In this document: one piece after another, positions 52,401 through 64,000 of the stretch
Layout of the letters: each line of letters opens with the position of its first letter
Position numbering within the stretch: position 1 is the first letter of the stretch
The notes under the pieces: generated by a model
The model's database searches: none
Told to the model about the DNA's origin: nothing
Seen by the model: the letters and a program-made list of their open reading frames with translations, nothing else
NCBI GenBank assembly: GCA_035221665.1
Contig: CM069161.1
Coordinates: forward strand, 3,782,001-3,846,000
Length of the DNA: 64,000 nucleotides
Reading direction: 5' to 3'
DNA from: Okamejei kenojei
Taxonomy: Eukaryota
Program-made: the position numbers and the translations under genes

Positions 52401-53025
52401 CAGGGGTGGGGAACCTTTTCATGTTGGAATGCCGCTTTGTTAGCTGTAATGTAATAAGGCTGCATCCAAGAAACTTCAATTAGATATACTTCAAAAAGTA
52501 CATTATTTTGTATCATTCTAACTACTATGTACTAACTTCACGAAAATGAAAATAAATTGTTAATTCTAAAGTTAACTAACCTTTTAATGACGTTGTTGTG
52601 ACTGCTTTTTGTGGGAAAACATTTGAATATTTGGTTGCAACATGGAGGTACACAGTTTCAGCTGATCTTCTAGAAGGGTGTCCGCCATTTATGACCTTAA
52701 GGGCGTCTTGATTTGGGTCAGGTGGTGGTGCCGCCAGTCCGGCAGGGAGGTTAACGTACATTCTAGAGTCGCATTAGAACTAAATCATATGCATGACAGG
52801 TGTTAAAATAGCCCTCGTGACTTACTAATGTAGCCGTCAGTCGGGGAGGATTATTTCGTTAAATCTTCTTTTACTCTTTGGTATTTTAAATGCTTTCTTT
52901 TTAAGATTAAAATAAAGACGAAGAAAAACATATTAATTAAATTTTAAGAATTTGTTCTACAAAATTTGGATTAATTCAAAAGGCTGCACTTAATGGCCTA
53001 GAAGGCCGCAGGTTCCACACCCCTG
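52401..53025. mobile_element. hAT (Charlie-like) MITE with 8-bp TSD
   Basis: TIRs caggggtggggaacct / aggttccacacccctg. TSD gtctaaag at 52393-52400 and 53026-53033, resembling the NTCTAGAN target preference. Confidence 0.93.
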
Positions 53026-53389
53026 GTCTAAAGAATGCTCCTTCTCCATTATAATCAACCATGGTCCAAAACTCCCACATATTGGTGAAGATGTCATACT
53101 TCCAGGAGGCTTTCAAAAATTCCTTGAGAAACATCTGCCTACCTGGCAATCTTTTACCATAATAGAGCTTAGAATAGAGTATCAAATTCAGGAGACCCCC
53201 TCCCACCACAATCAATTGAGTTTAGTCAGGATATAAATGCTGGGGCTACTGAACTAGGAGACTAATCTGATATTGGGCTTCATGTATCTTGCAGAGAATT
53301 TGGAGAGTTTTGCAAACGCTGCATTGATCAGACTGCTCCAGTGCTTTGAAGTCCATGCAGTAGGATGATCATGTTTCCTTAAAAATATT

Positions 53390-54130
53390 TTAGTGATTTG
53401 GGCATCATTGGAAAGGCCAGCGTTTCTGTCCAGGAGATGCAGCTGAGCTGTCTCCTTGAGCTGCCATAATCTTTCACGGTATCACAGTGTTGTTGGGCAG
53501 GGAGTTCCACAATCTTTCCAAATCAGGATTGTGCATAACTTGAAGAGGAGAATGCAGGTGGTGATGTCCCAAGCAGATACAGCCCTTATCATTGGCTGTA
53601 GAGATTGAGGTTTATGGAGGTGTTGTTCAAGTAGCCTGGGTAAATAAATGCAGTACATTTTGCAAATGATACATACTATAGCCATTGTGCATGGTGATGA
53701 ATGTTCAGTGTGGTTAATAGGATGCCAAACAAGCAGTGCTTTGGATAGAATCAAACTTCTTGAAGGATGTGGATGTTGCACTCATCCAGGCAAGTGGAGT
53801 AATCCATCACACTCATGATTTGTTAATGGTGGAAAAGTCCTTAGTATGTCAGGAAGGGAGTCATTCAGTACAGAATACTCAGCTCTGACTCAGTTTCAGA
53901 GTTATGGTGTTTATATGGTTCGTCCAGATGAGTCACTGGTCAGTGGTATTGATGGTGAGAACTTGGCCATAGCAATACCACTGAATGTCAAGCGTGTACG
54001 AAATGGTCTCTATTTCTGGAGATTATCACAGTCTGGCACTTTGTGGTGCAAATACTACTCGTCATCTAGCCTAGACCTAAATGGTGTCTGGATCTTCATG
54101 CATGCTGATAGAGATTACTTCCATTTGCCA
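53390..54130 (-). mobile_element. Old CR1-clade LINE 3' fragment (distinct subfamily)
   Basis: ORF 53482..53781 contains AIVCIICKMYCIYLPRLLEQHL, resembling an elasmobranch CR1 ORF2 C-terminus. Confidence 0.65.
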
Positions 54131-54224
54131 AGTTTAACAGAACCGAACATTATGCATATGCAGAATTCCGACAGGCAGCCCAATTTGAAGAAACATCCGA
54201 CACAGACACAGAGCAGAGATAGAT

Positions 54225-54540
54225 AGCATGGAAATGGGTCTTTCATACCCACCAACAACCACCCGTTTACACTCTTACAACATTAGTTCCATCTCCCTGC
54301 ATTCCCATCAACACCTCCCAAATTCTACCACTCACCTACACACTCAGGCCAATTTACCATGGTCAATTAGTCTACTAACATACAATTAATAGGGATATGG
54401 GAGGAAACTGAAGAACCAAGTGTAAAGCCATGCAGTCACAGAGAAAACGTGCAAACACCAACAGATGGCACCCACGGTCACAACTGAACCTGGGTATCTG
54501 CTGTGGTGAAGCAGGAGCTGCACAATCTGTGCCACCATAT
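54225..54540 (-). mobile_element. Diverged V-SINE
   Basis: gggaggaaactgaagaacc...gtcacagagaaaacgtgcaaacacca...ctgaacctgggt...ctgtgccacc is the reverse complement of the HE1 head and core. Confidence 0.75.
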
Positions 54541-54813
54541 CTTTGGCTCTCTTCACAAATGCCACCTTAGCTGTGTTTTGTTTTTTATTTCAGACATGGA
54601 CTAACTAGATGATGAAATAAGCTCAATGCACTCAACATCCATGGCCTTGAGGCTGAGACTGTCAAAAATTTACAACCGTCTAATGAAAATTCTTCTCATT
54701 TCAGAAGTATTGGGCAAACCATTTATCTTGCGACCTGGTCCCATGGTTCCGGACTCCACTGTTAAAAGAAAATATATTTTTGCTGTCTAGTTATTGGCAA
54801 GGTTAGGGATTGA

Positions 54814-55142
54814 CTAGACTAAGTGGGACCCATTGGGTCCCAGTCACACAAGAAGCCTGCCCCTCCCAACGAACCCATTCCCCAACGCAATCTTCCACCA
54901 CTCACCTTTTCCCCCAAACGCAACCTGTTCCCCCAAAGCAAGGGAGGGTGAACCTTCAAAACCTTCATAACTTTTGTGGTATCTCACCAATCAGAACAGA
55001 ACTTATTTGACTTGCAGCAGAGGAGAAAGGTGAATAAGGTGGCGAAAAATCGTTGCGTTCTGGGGGATCGTTTTTGCGCATATTGAATTACAACGCAGAC
55101 AGGAAATGGTCAAGATGAGAGTTTTACTAATATATATATAGA
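54814..55142 (-). mobile_element. Non-autonomous Helitron
   Basis: The minus strand begins TCTATATATATATTAGTAAAACTCTC and ends with a hairpin (gggaccc-aat-gggtccc, 54825-54841) followed by acttagtCTAG. It sits between A and T with no TSD. Confidence 0.8.
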
Positions 55143-55149
55143 TAGATAA

Positions 55150-55850
55150 TTTAAAACTGGGATGGGGTTGTGAGGGAAAAGTAGAGCAGCCATGATCGAA
55201 CAGCAGAGCAGACTCAATGGGCTGAATGGCCTAATTCTGCTCCAACGTCTTATGATCTTAGGAGGTTTCAGTCCTATGCATTACGTGCAAAAGTAAAATA
55301 TACATGTACAGCAGTCACACATTGCTGGAATGGAATTGAAGAGTAGGGATGTCACACTTAAGATATATAGCCAAAAGTGAGACCAGATCTGGAATATCTG
55401 TAGATAGTACTCCAGATTTCTTTTTGAAAGGTAAGGATGTTAAAGCATCTGATTATTATTATTATTTTTTTAAAGGATGTTAACGCATTGGGAGCAGTTA
55501 CGAGGAAAGGATAGACAGGCTGGGCTGATTTCCACTGCAGTATAGAAGATGACTTGCTTAAAACAAAATATCCAGAGGGATCCTGATAGGGTGAATGTCG
55601 TGATGATGTTTTTGGAAAAAGGGATCATCAATTTAAGATAAAGATAGGGGATTTTTCCCCCCCAATTTCTGAGTGCCTGAAAACATTTAAGAAAGAAGTA
55701 GAAAGATCATTGAAGAACAAGGAATCAAAGTTTCATGAGGTGGAGATGGGAACATGGAATTGAAGTTACATTCATATCAGTCATGAGATTATTAAAAGGA
55801 AACATGTGCTTCAGGGGCAGTGGTCTACTCCTGCTCTTGGTTCGTTTGTT
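55150..55850 (+). mobile_element. CR1 tail and old CR1 fragments
   Basis: gactcaatgggctgaatggcctaattctgctcc tail; gtgagaccagatctggaata (VRPDLEY). Confidence 0.65.
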
Positions 55851-56580
55851 CATTGGTTAACATACCACCATACTTCCTAATTACTTGCTGTGCCTGTATA
55901 ATAGCTTTCTGCATCCTATGGAGCAGCACAAAACAATCTTTCAGTGCCACACAATTTACTAGTTTCTTCGTGCATTCAGATATATTGCACTCCCATTCTT
56001 TCGGACAAGGTCATAACCTGTCATTCCCCCGTCTCCTGCCTCCTCGCTTAAGCCTATACCCCTTCAAAAGATAATTGCAAAATGTAATTAAACACAAAGC
56101 AATGCTGTGAAAATTATATGCCGATTATATAGCGATTATCGCTTCCAATTATTTTATCGTCACTTTTGTTTATTGGACTAACTTAAGTTGCCAATTTGAG
56201 TGGAGAAAGGCCTAACTGTACTAATTATCATTTGGTGGTATTGATAAGAAAACAACTGCTTACCAAGCACCAGGAAACATCTTTTGGTCTTTCAATAATA
56301 CCACATAATCGTTTGTATTCACAAAGTGACAGAATGGAGTCTTGATTTAATATCCAGGCCAAATTACTTGATGGTCCAATGTTTCCTCAGTATTATAATG
56401 AAGTGTTCGAGATGATGTGTAGTGTCCCCGCATTGTTGTGAAGAACAAGTCTACAGAAGCTGGGATTTTGCACTTGGTCAGCCTTGCTGAGAATACAGTG
56501 AAAGATTCTGTCACCATGTTTTTCCAAAAGGAATATTTCTCATCACTCCACCACTGCAAGCTGGTCTCATAATTGCTCGT

Positions 56581-56671
56581 AGACACAAAATGCTGGAGTT
56601 ACTCAGCGGGACAGGCAGCATCTCTGGAGAGAAGGAATGGGAGACGTTTTGGGTCGAGACCCTTCTTCAGA
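56581..56671 (-). mobile_element. Penelope-terminus-like short element (single arm)
   Basis: Minus strand CTGAAGAAGGGTCTCGACCCAAAACGTCtcccattccttctctccagagatgctgcctgtcccgctgag... Confidence 0.88.
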
Positions 56672-57014
56672 TTAGCAGTGTAGCATCCAAAAAGTTTTAA
56701 AAAAAATCTAATTTTACAGAACAGACAACACTGATTTTCCCAAATTTCAAGCATTATAGAAATGTATTTAAAATATTTTGAGCAGTTTCAAGATGCAACC
56801 ATCTGGTCTCACTTCCAAGTTGGCGTTAGCAGATCCAACTGCGATTTTTAAAATAAACAAAACATCCCGAGGTGGGAGAACCATCTCAGAATGAAGAATG
56901 GGAATTACATGAAAAAGCTTCCTGCTTGTGTCCTCATCGTGAAGTGCTGAAGGGGGCTTTTGTCTATGCCAAAGGTTGAAGGAGGTTGCAGGAGAAGGCA
57001 GAGAGGTGCAGCTA

Positions 57015-57550
57015 TGAGAACCACTGCCTCAGAGTGGGAAAACAATACCACCCAAGACCGCAAGAAATTGCAGCGAATTGTGGACGCAGCCCAGACCATG
57101 ACCCAAAACAACCTCCCTCCTATTGACTCCATTTATACCTCCCGCTACCTCGGCAAGGCCAGCAGCAAAATCTAGGACGTGTCGCACCCTGCCATTCCCC
57201 TTTCTCCCCTCTCCATTAGGCAAAGGGTATAGAAGTGTGAAAATGCACACTTCCAGATTCAGGGAGAGTTTCTTCCCAGCTGTTATCAGGCAACTGAAGC
57301 ATCCTACCACAATCAGTGCTGAACTACTATCTACCTCTGGTGACCTCGGACTATCTTTGATTGGACTTTGCTGGCTTTACCTTGCACTAAATGTTATTCC
57401 CTTATCATGTATCTGTATCCTGTAAATGGCTCGATTGTAATCATGTATTGTCTTTCTGCTGACAAGATAGCACACAACAAAAGCTTTTCACTGTATGTTG
57501 GTACACATGACAATAATAATAATAATAATAAAAAAATTAAACTAAAATAA
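57015..57550 (+). mobile_element. Rex1/Babar LINE 3' fragment
   Basis: QDRKKLQRIVDAAQTMTQNNLPPIDSIYTSRYLGKASSKI; GYRSVKMHTSRFRESFFPAVIRQL; tail aaagcttttcactgt...catgacaataataat. Confidence 0.9.
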
Positions 57551-57554
57551 AAAA

Positions 57555-57812
57555 TCAATCCTGACCTCGGGTGGAGTTTGTAGTTCTCCCAGTGACCATG
57601 CGGTTTCCTCCAGGTGGTCCAATTCCTTACCACATCCGAAGTGCGGATTGCTAGGTTAATTGGGCATTGCAAACTGCTCCTGGTATGTAGATGAATGACA
57701 GGATGTGGGGGAGATGATTGAATGTAGGGGGAATGGGATTGATACAGGATTAACGTAAAAGGATGGTTGATGGTCGACACAAAGTCAGTGGGCTGAAGGA
57801 TTGCATCTATGA
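57555..57812 (+). mobile_element. 5'-truncated diverged V-SINE
   Basis: atcctgacctcgggtggagtttgtagttctcccagtgacc core; gtcagtgggctgaagga tail. Confidence 0.7.
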
Positions 57813-59166
57813 CCATGAGAGGAGTAAGAGACAGAAAAGACACAGGTAGGCAGTCTGCAAGGCAATTGCCACAATGAAGTTAGTTTTGAGAACCTGCTGC
57901 AATATTGGTAACAACTTGTCTTTGAAAATAAGCAAATATTTTCTGGCTGAACAAGCAAAGAACTGAAATAATTCCGTTTGAGTTTTACATAAATACAGAG
58001 GACGTGCTTTACTATGTCCAGAAGCAGTTAAAACTTCCAAGAACTGGAAAGTTCAGTTTGCCCGACAGGGATTCACATCAAGTTTTACAACAGCCTGACC
58101 TGGATTGAGTGAAGTTATAGGTCAATCACAGTAGCACCCAGGAAGGGCCACAACATTTTGGCATCCCAATTATTAATATTAGTTGTTTCAACGGCATTTC
58201 TTGCTTCATTATAATACAGAGCAGATCATCGGTGAAGCCCGAGTAATTAATAACTAACATTTTCAATGTCAGGATACATGTTCCTCATTCTTCTAAACTC
58301 ATAGTATATAAATAAATCACTGACTACTGAGACAGTTCTTCAAAAATCTCCATTAGTTTTTTGCCCTGCAGCAGAGCTGCTGTCTGCAGGAACGCATCCC
58401 AACTTCAGAAACATGCCAAAGCAGAGGCTGTAAAACTGCTGTCCAGATTTCACAAACTAAATTAAACCTTTACATACTTTGCATTGCTTCTGACCAATGC
58501 TCTCACCTATATCTTTGCGTGTTTTTTTTTTTCCGAGCCACCTGGGTGGCGCAACATTGCTGACGTAGCAGAATAGACAGGCCAGGTTAGTAACTGAAGG
58601 CGTAGCCAGTTTCTCTTCATTCCCTGCTGAACTGCCGAGCTAATCCATTACCACTTTTAAATATAAAAAAAACCTGTATCAACCTGTTACTGAAATCCGA
58701 GACCAACTCAATCCTAACAGCACCTTGTGCAGTACAGGGAGCTCAATGACTCTCGTGTACCTATAATTTAGATTGCTTTATTGTTGATATCTATTGTTTG
58801 TATACAGCAGGGTGACTGAAATACTTACAATGGAGCCATTTTCAGGGATATGTTGATAAACATTTAGACAGAAAGAGTTTACTTGACATCTCCCTTAGAC
58901 ATGAGAATTATACAGATTACATTCCCCTGTAATGACGTGTAGCTGTAATGACGTGTATCTGTTCCATATGTTCCACTGCACTATAATTTCAGGTCTATAA
59001 ACCATTTCCCAAACAAAGATACAGGACTAATAGTCCAGGAAGAGCTCCGGATCTCCAGTCTCAATGGAGCAATCTGAAGATAGCAGGGAGAAGCTCCCAT
59101 AACTGGTCGATCTTGTTAGTTTTTGCTGCAAATTTTAAATGATGCAGGGAGAGGTATCCTGATAAT

Positions 59167-59250
59167 TGACACAAAAAGTTGGAGTAACTCAGACAGCCTC
59201 TCTGGTGAGAAGGAATGGATGACGTTTCAGGTCAAGACCCTTCTTCAGAC
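59167..59250 (-). mobile_element. Penelope-terminus-like short element with an intact hammerhead-like core
   Basis: Minus strand gtCTGAAGA-A-GGGTC-TT-GACCT-GAAAC-GTC-atccattcc (core at 59221-59248). Confidence 0.85.
59221..59248 (-). ncRNA. Candidate minimal type I hammerhead ribozyme motif
   Basis: CUGANGA box, an extra A, stem II GGGUC/GACCU, GAAA box, loop-less palindromic stem III (AC/GU) and a GUC triplet. Helix I is short and uncertain; activity is untested. Confidence 0.5.
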
Positions 59251-59459
59251 CATTGACCAGCTACATTGTGCTGTAAACAACATCTGCAAAGTGACAGCAG
59301 GATTAATAGAGGCCCAATAAACTATAGACACAGGAATCTTGAGCAAAGCACAAAGTGTTGCCTGGCCCACTGAGTTCCTCCAACCTTTTGTGTTTCAGGC
59401 AGGATTGGAATAATCCAGGCTTTCATCTAAAAGGGAAAGGCAACCAATACATGCTGTTT

Positions 59460-60226
59460 CATAGAAACATAGAAATTAGGTGCAGGAGTAGGCCATTCAG
59501 CCCTTCGAGCCTGCACCGCCATTCAATATGATCATGGCTGATCATCCAACTCAGTATCCCGTACCTGCCTTCTCTCCATACCCTCTGATCCCCTTAGCCA
59601 CAAGGGCCACATCCAACTCACTCTTAAATATAGCCAATGAACTGGCCTCAACTACCCTCTGTGGCAGAGAGTTCCAGAGACTCACCACTCTGTGTGAAAA
59701 AAGTCTTTCTCATCTCGGTCTTAAAGGATTTCCCCCTTATCCTTAAGCTGTGACCCCTTGTCCTGGACTTCCCCAACATCGGGAACAATCTTCCTGCATC
59801 TAGCCTGTCCAACCCCTTAAGAATTTTGTAAGTTTCTATAAGATCCCCTCTCAATCTCCTAAATTCCAGAGAGTATAAAACCGAGTCTATCCAGTCTTTC
59901 TTCATAAGACAGTCCTGACATCCCAGGAATCAGTCTGGTGAACCTTCTCTGCACTCCCTCTATGGCAATAATGTCCTTCCTCAGATTTGGAGACCAAAAC
60001 TGTACGCAATACTCCAGGTGTGGTCTCACCAAGACCCTGTACAACTGAAGTAGAACCTCCCTGCTCCTGTACTCAAATCCTTTTGCTATGAAAGCTAACA
60101 TACCATTCGCTTTTTTCACTGCCTGCTGCACCTGCATGCCTACTTTCAATGACTGGTGTACCATGACACCCAGGTCTCGCTGCATCTCCCCTTTTCCTAA
60201 TCGGCCACCATTTAAATAATAGTCTG
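59460..60226 (-). mobile_element. Young CR1 LINE 3' portion
   Basis: ORFs 59859..60275 (LVRPHLEYCVQFWSP) and 59648..59905 (LEFRRLRGDLIETYKIL); tail (tttctatg)n. Confidence 0.93.
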
Positions 60227-61169
60227 TTTCAGAAGACAGAAGTTGATAATATGTATAAAAAATGACATGTGGCATTTGTAGTTAGATTACCTGGATGCCA
60301 ATAGCGAGTCACTGCCCAACCCAGAGCACAGTTTAACAACTGTTGCACGAGTACAAGGACGAGTACAATGATTGATGCCATTATTGCGACACAGAGGCAG
60401 GTTCTCAAAGCTTGCAAGTTAGGCTAATTCTTATCCTTCATCACAACATTGCAGTTGAAGGGAACCCTGGGGAAGTTGAAAGTATTGGGTCAATTCTTTG
60501 AAGAATAACCTGATCTATATGATTGTAATCTACACCAAGTAATGGTGCTTCAGTTCATTGGTTCCCAGTGATGACCATTCTTCATTCAGAGGGTGGTGAA
60601 CCTGCACACTTCACTTCCACAATGGGTCAGTCAGTCGTACAGCATGGACACGGGCCCTTTCAGCCCAACTTACCCAGGCTGTCCAAGATGCCCCCTCTGC
60701 ATTAGTTCCACCTGGCCGCATTTGGCCCTTATCTCTCTAAACATTTTCTATCCATGTACCTGTCCGAATGTCTTCTAAATATTGTTATTGTACCTGACTC
60801 AGCTATCTCTTCTTGCAGCTTGTTCCATATAATCACCCCCCCCCCACATGGAAAAGTTGTTTTCAGGGTTCCTAATACATCTTTACTCTCTCATCTTAAA
60901 CCTATGTCCTCTGGTGCTTGAAGAGACTATGTGCATTTACCCTTTCTATCTCCCCCCCCCTCCCCCCCCATGATCTTATACACCTCTATTAGAAAATCAG
61001 CATACTGCACTCTTAGCCTTCCCAACCTCTCCCTATAAAATCCTTGTAACTCTTCTCAGCACTCTTTCCAGCTTAACAACATACTTTCTATAGCAGGGCG
61101 GCCAAAACTGAATACAACACTCCAAATATGACCACGCCAATGTTGTATAAATTGTAATATAAACGACCC

Positions 61170-61262
61170 ACCCACCTGCCCGATCTGTGGAAGAGCTTGC
61201 GGTTTGCACAGTGGCCTCATTAGCAACCTCAGAACCCACAATACCGAAATGGTAGCCTGAGG
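61170..61262 (+). mobile_element. RTE-clade LINE C-terminal zinc-finger fragment
   Basis: Translates TCPICGRACGLHSGLISNLRTH, like the CxxCGRxCxSRIGLxSHxRTH end of RTE ORFs. Confidence 0.6.
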
Positions 61263-61375
61263 GGCCAACCAAGAAAGAAGAAATAAAATTCTGAATGCAA
61301 AAGCAATCAAGGTTTTGCGTACCAGATAGGTAATCAGCATCCTGGTGAATCTCCTCTGCATCCTCTCCAAATAAA

Positions 61376-61590
61376 CCCAGACCACGGGGTGAACAAGAGG
61401 ATGAGGACTGGATTTTGTTGCCTTCCCTCACAGTGGGAACCATGGTAGGTGGATGATTTTAAATGTTTTATGTTAAATTCTTCTTTAATGTGGTGTCTTA
61501 ATTTTATTGGTGTGCTGCAAATGGCAACTCAAATTTCACAACACCAGAAATGGTGTATGCGACAATAAATGTCCTTTGTTCTTTGTCCAG
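61376..61590 (+). mobile_element. Short element with a Rex1-like 3' tail
   Basis: ttgttgccttccctcacagtggga body, similar to the 36051 element (tttgccttccatcacagtgagga). Ends gcaactcaaatttcac...gcgacaataaatgtcctttg. Confidence 0.6.
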
Positions 61591-64000
61591 AGAAAGAGCA
61601 TTCTTTCAACACTGCACACCAAAATTGCACACAAAATTCCAGATGTGGCCTCACCAATGATTTATAAATCCATACCATAACTTCAAGTCATAGCTATATA
61701 GCATGGAGACAGATTCTTATTCATGCCGAACAACATGATATTCTGGGTTAGTCACATATGCTTACATTTGGCTCATATCCCTCTAAACCCTGACCATCCA
61801 TATTTCTGTTCAAATGTTTTTTGAAAGTATAGTGCTTTTAGAGCTTCCTCAGGAAGTTTGATCCAGATATGGACTACTCTGTTAGTGAAAATGTTACCCC
61901 TCAGTTCCCTCTTAAATATCTCCCCTCAGACATTAAATCTATGCCTTCCAGGTTTAGAAATCTCTACTCTGGGAAAAAAGACTGAGTTCACTTACTCGTA
62001 TCTCTCACGGTTTTCAAGAAGGTCACCCCCTCAGCTTCCTGCGCTCCAAAGAAAAAAGTCCCAGCTTATTCAACTTCCAATAACTCAAGTCCAGATAACA
62101 TCCTGGTGAATCAATTTTGCACTCTTTCCAACTTAATGACATCCTTCCTCACTGGGTTACCAGAACTGCACACAGTACTCCAAGTGTGGTCTTACCAATG
62201 AGGTGTAGAGCTGCATGACATTGTCACAACTTTTGTACTCAATACCCTTCCCATTGCTAAACACATTCTTCACTATCCTATCCACCTAAATCACCACTTT
62301 CAGGGAACAATGTTCCCGGGTCCCAGATCTCTCTGTTCCACAACACTCTCCAGTGCTTTGTCATTTATGCTGGTACGATGTACCGAAGTGCAACACATCA
62401 CACCAGTTAAATTCCATTCTCCCGCTCCAAAATCTCGAGCTTTGTCTTTCTTCTTTGTGAATACAGCAGAGAGACATTATTTCTGTATTTACAATCTTTG
62501 TGCTGAGATTTGTGTCTGAAGATATATTTAGAATAGTGCACACAAGTTGAAAACTATTGGGAAATTGGAGTTCTACAAATCAAGGCAAAACCATTCAACC
62601 GATTTCTGCTAAATGTTCCTCTGTTTTTGTGGTTTAGATATCGGGTGCTATAGACACAATAGCAATGCAAGTATTTGCTTTGTTTTTACACTTTTTTACA
62701 CTTGGTACATTCGTGGAGAAATGTACATCATTCAGCTACACAAAAACAAACCAGTATAAAATGCACCAATGCTGCTTAAAAATAAATTAAGATCCATTTC
62801 TGCAGAACAAACTCCATGGTGGGTCTATAGCCCACAGTGTAAGAGGAGGAGATTCATTCACTCTCTGTAGAAGGGGATCATACAAAAGGTTGAAATGGAG
62901 TCTATAGAAACCTCGAGGGTCTTTATGGCTTTCCCCCAGAGGTGGCTTTTTTAAATTTCAGGGGCAATACCTACTGCTGATTTCGGAAGATACTTCGTTA
63001 CAGAAAAACATGTTGCTGTGCTGTAAGCTGCAAATGAATCTCAGCGCGTAAAAATAAAAGACTAATAAAATTTTCTAGTTATTTCCCCCCGTCGCGCTGT
63101 GCTCTGTGTGACCGTGCATGCAGATTAGCAGCCCACACAGGCACTGAGAACGGGCACTGCTCATTTCAACCAAGGTCCTTTTCTCTCTCCTTCGACTCCC
63201 CGTTGTGACCGCCTTTTCAATCTCACTCCCAACCCTTCCACATCGTACAAAATAGTCACAAACACAGAGCACAGCAATTGTCTCCGCATATACACCCAAC
63301 TGAGTGTGCTGTTTTTAAAAAATGAATCTATCCCATTAAATCACAATGATCCTGATCGACACAATTGCTGTTATTTTACATATATAAGACATCTTGTGCT
63401 AAACATTTCCATCCTGGACTGCTGGGACGGATTATGCACTGCTGTCTATATACAATTAACCTCTGAGTGCAACACTGAAGCAACCAAGACCAAAATACAG
63501 ATTATAACAAGACTTTAGTTTATTCCAAGAATGCAGTGAATAAAGATGTTCTATGTCTCTAAATTTCCCTAATTCTGCCTTTATGATACAGGGTACAGAG
63601 GGGGATAACTGACGGAGGCTGAATGAATGGCAATCGTCTGAAACAACTATTTCTGGAAAGCAACGTGTGTGAAAATAAGACACGTTTTAACTATTCCAAA
63701 CAGTCTTGCATTCAACTTCAAGTGATGCAAACTTCCCAAGTATCAGAAAGAGCGAAATATCAGAAATTAAACTTAAGCAATGGAGATGTGAACAGAGCTC
63801 CAGAGATAGTTGCTGTTCACATGTTTAAGGGAAATTCAAAACTACAAAAGACTAGCATCCAATCAAGATCAGGACACTTCAAAGAGATGACTCCTGTTCA
63901 ATAATAATTATTGTCTGATCATTGTACATCACCGTTACAGCCACTCTTAATTTTAGCCAAAACACAGATGGCTTGCTCGCTAATTTAAAAGCGAAGTTGG

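Larger units (their letters stand above)
60632..62430 (-). mobile_element. Cluster of degraded CR1 3' fragments with nested insertions
   Basis: Repeated reverse CR1 segments (LECCIQFWPPCYRK; ccagaactgcacacagtactccaagtgtggtcttacc; acagcatggacacgggccctttcagccc). Confidence 0.75.

Noticed and set aside
58927-58957. Tandem 16-bp duplication containing TGACGT twice
   Set aside because: A simple local slippage duplication, with no further evidence of function.

Overview
Eukaryotic (vertebrate) genomic DNA, not prokaryotic. The repeat content (HE1-type tRNA-derived V-SINEs, HER1/CR1 LINEs, Rex1/Babar, Penelope) points to a cartilaginous fish, probably a skate or ray (inference). The one host gene I can support is the 3' end of NSF (N-ethylmaleimide-sensitive factor, vesicle-fusing AAA+ ATPase) on the minus strand. 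It has four coding exons with canonical AG/GT boundaries: 35794-35928, 32182-32295, 10271-10326 and 9991-10021. A putative 3' UTR of about 2.3 kb follows. I did not find the next upstream exon in the remaining 28 kb. Most of the rest is transposon debris: CR1, Rex1/Babar, L2, RTE, Ty3/Gypsy, Penelope, hAT and TIR MITEs and a non-autonomous Helitron. Several repeat-free, motif-rich islands are candidate enhancers. The most notable pattern is a family of about ten short Penelope-terminus-like elements carrying a minimal hammerhead-ribozyme-like motif (CTGAAGA-A-GGGTC-NN-GACCY-GAAAC-GTC). Several are fold-backs whose inversion junction falls at the motif's stem II, and two have 14-17 bp target-site duplications. 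Nearly all short ORFs in the supplied track are spurious or TE fragments. TE boundaries are approximate unless a TSD or TIR is quoted, and family assignments come from recalled motifs, not database searches.
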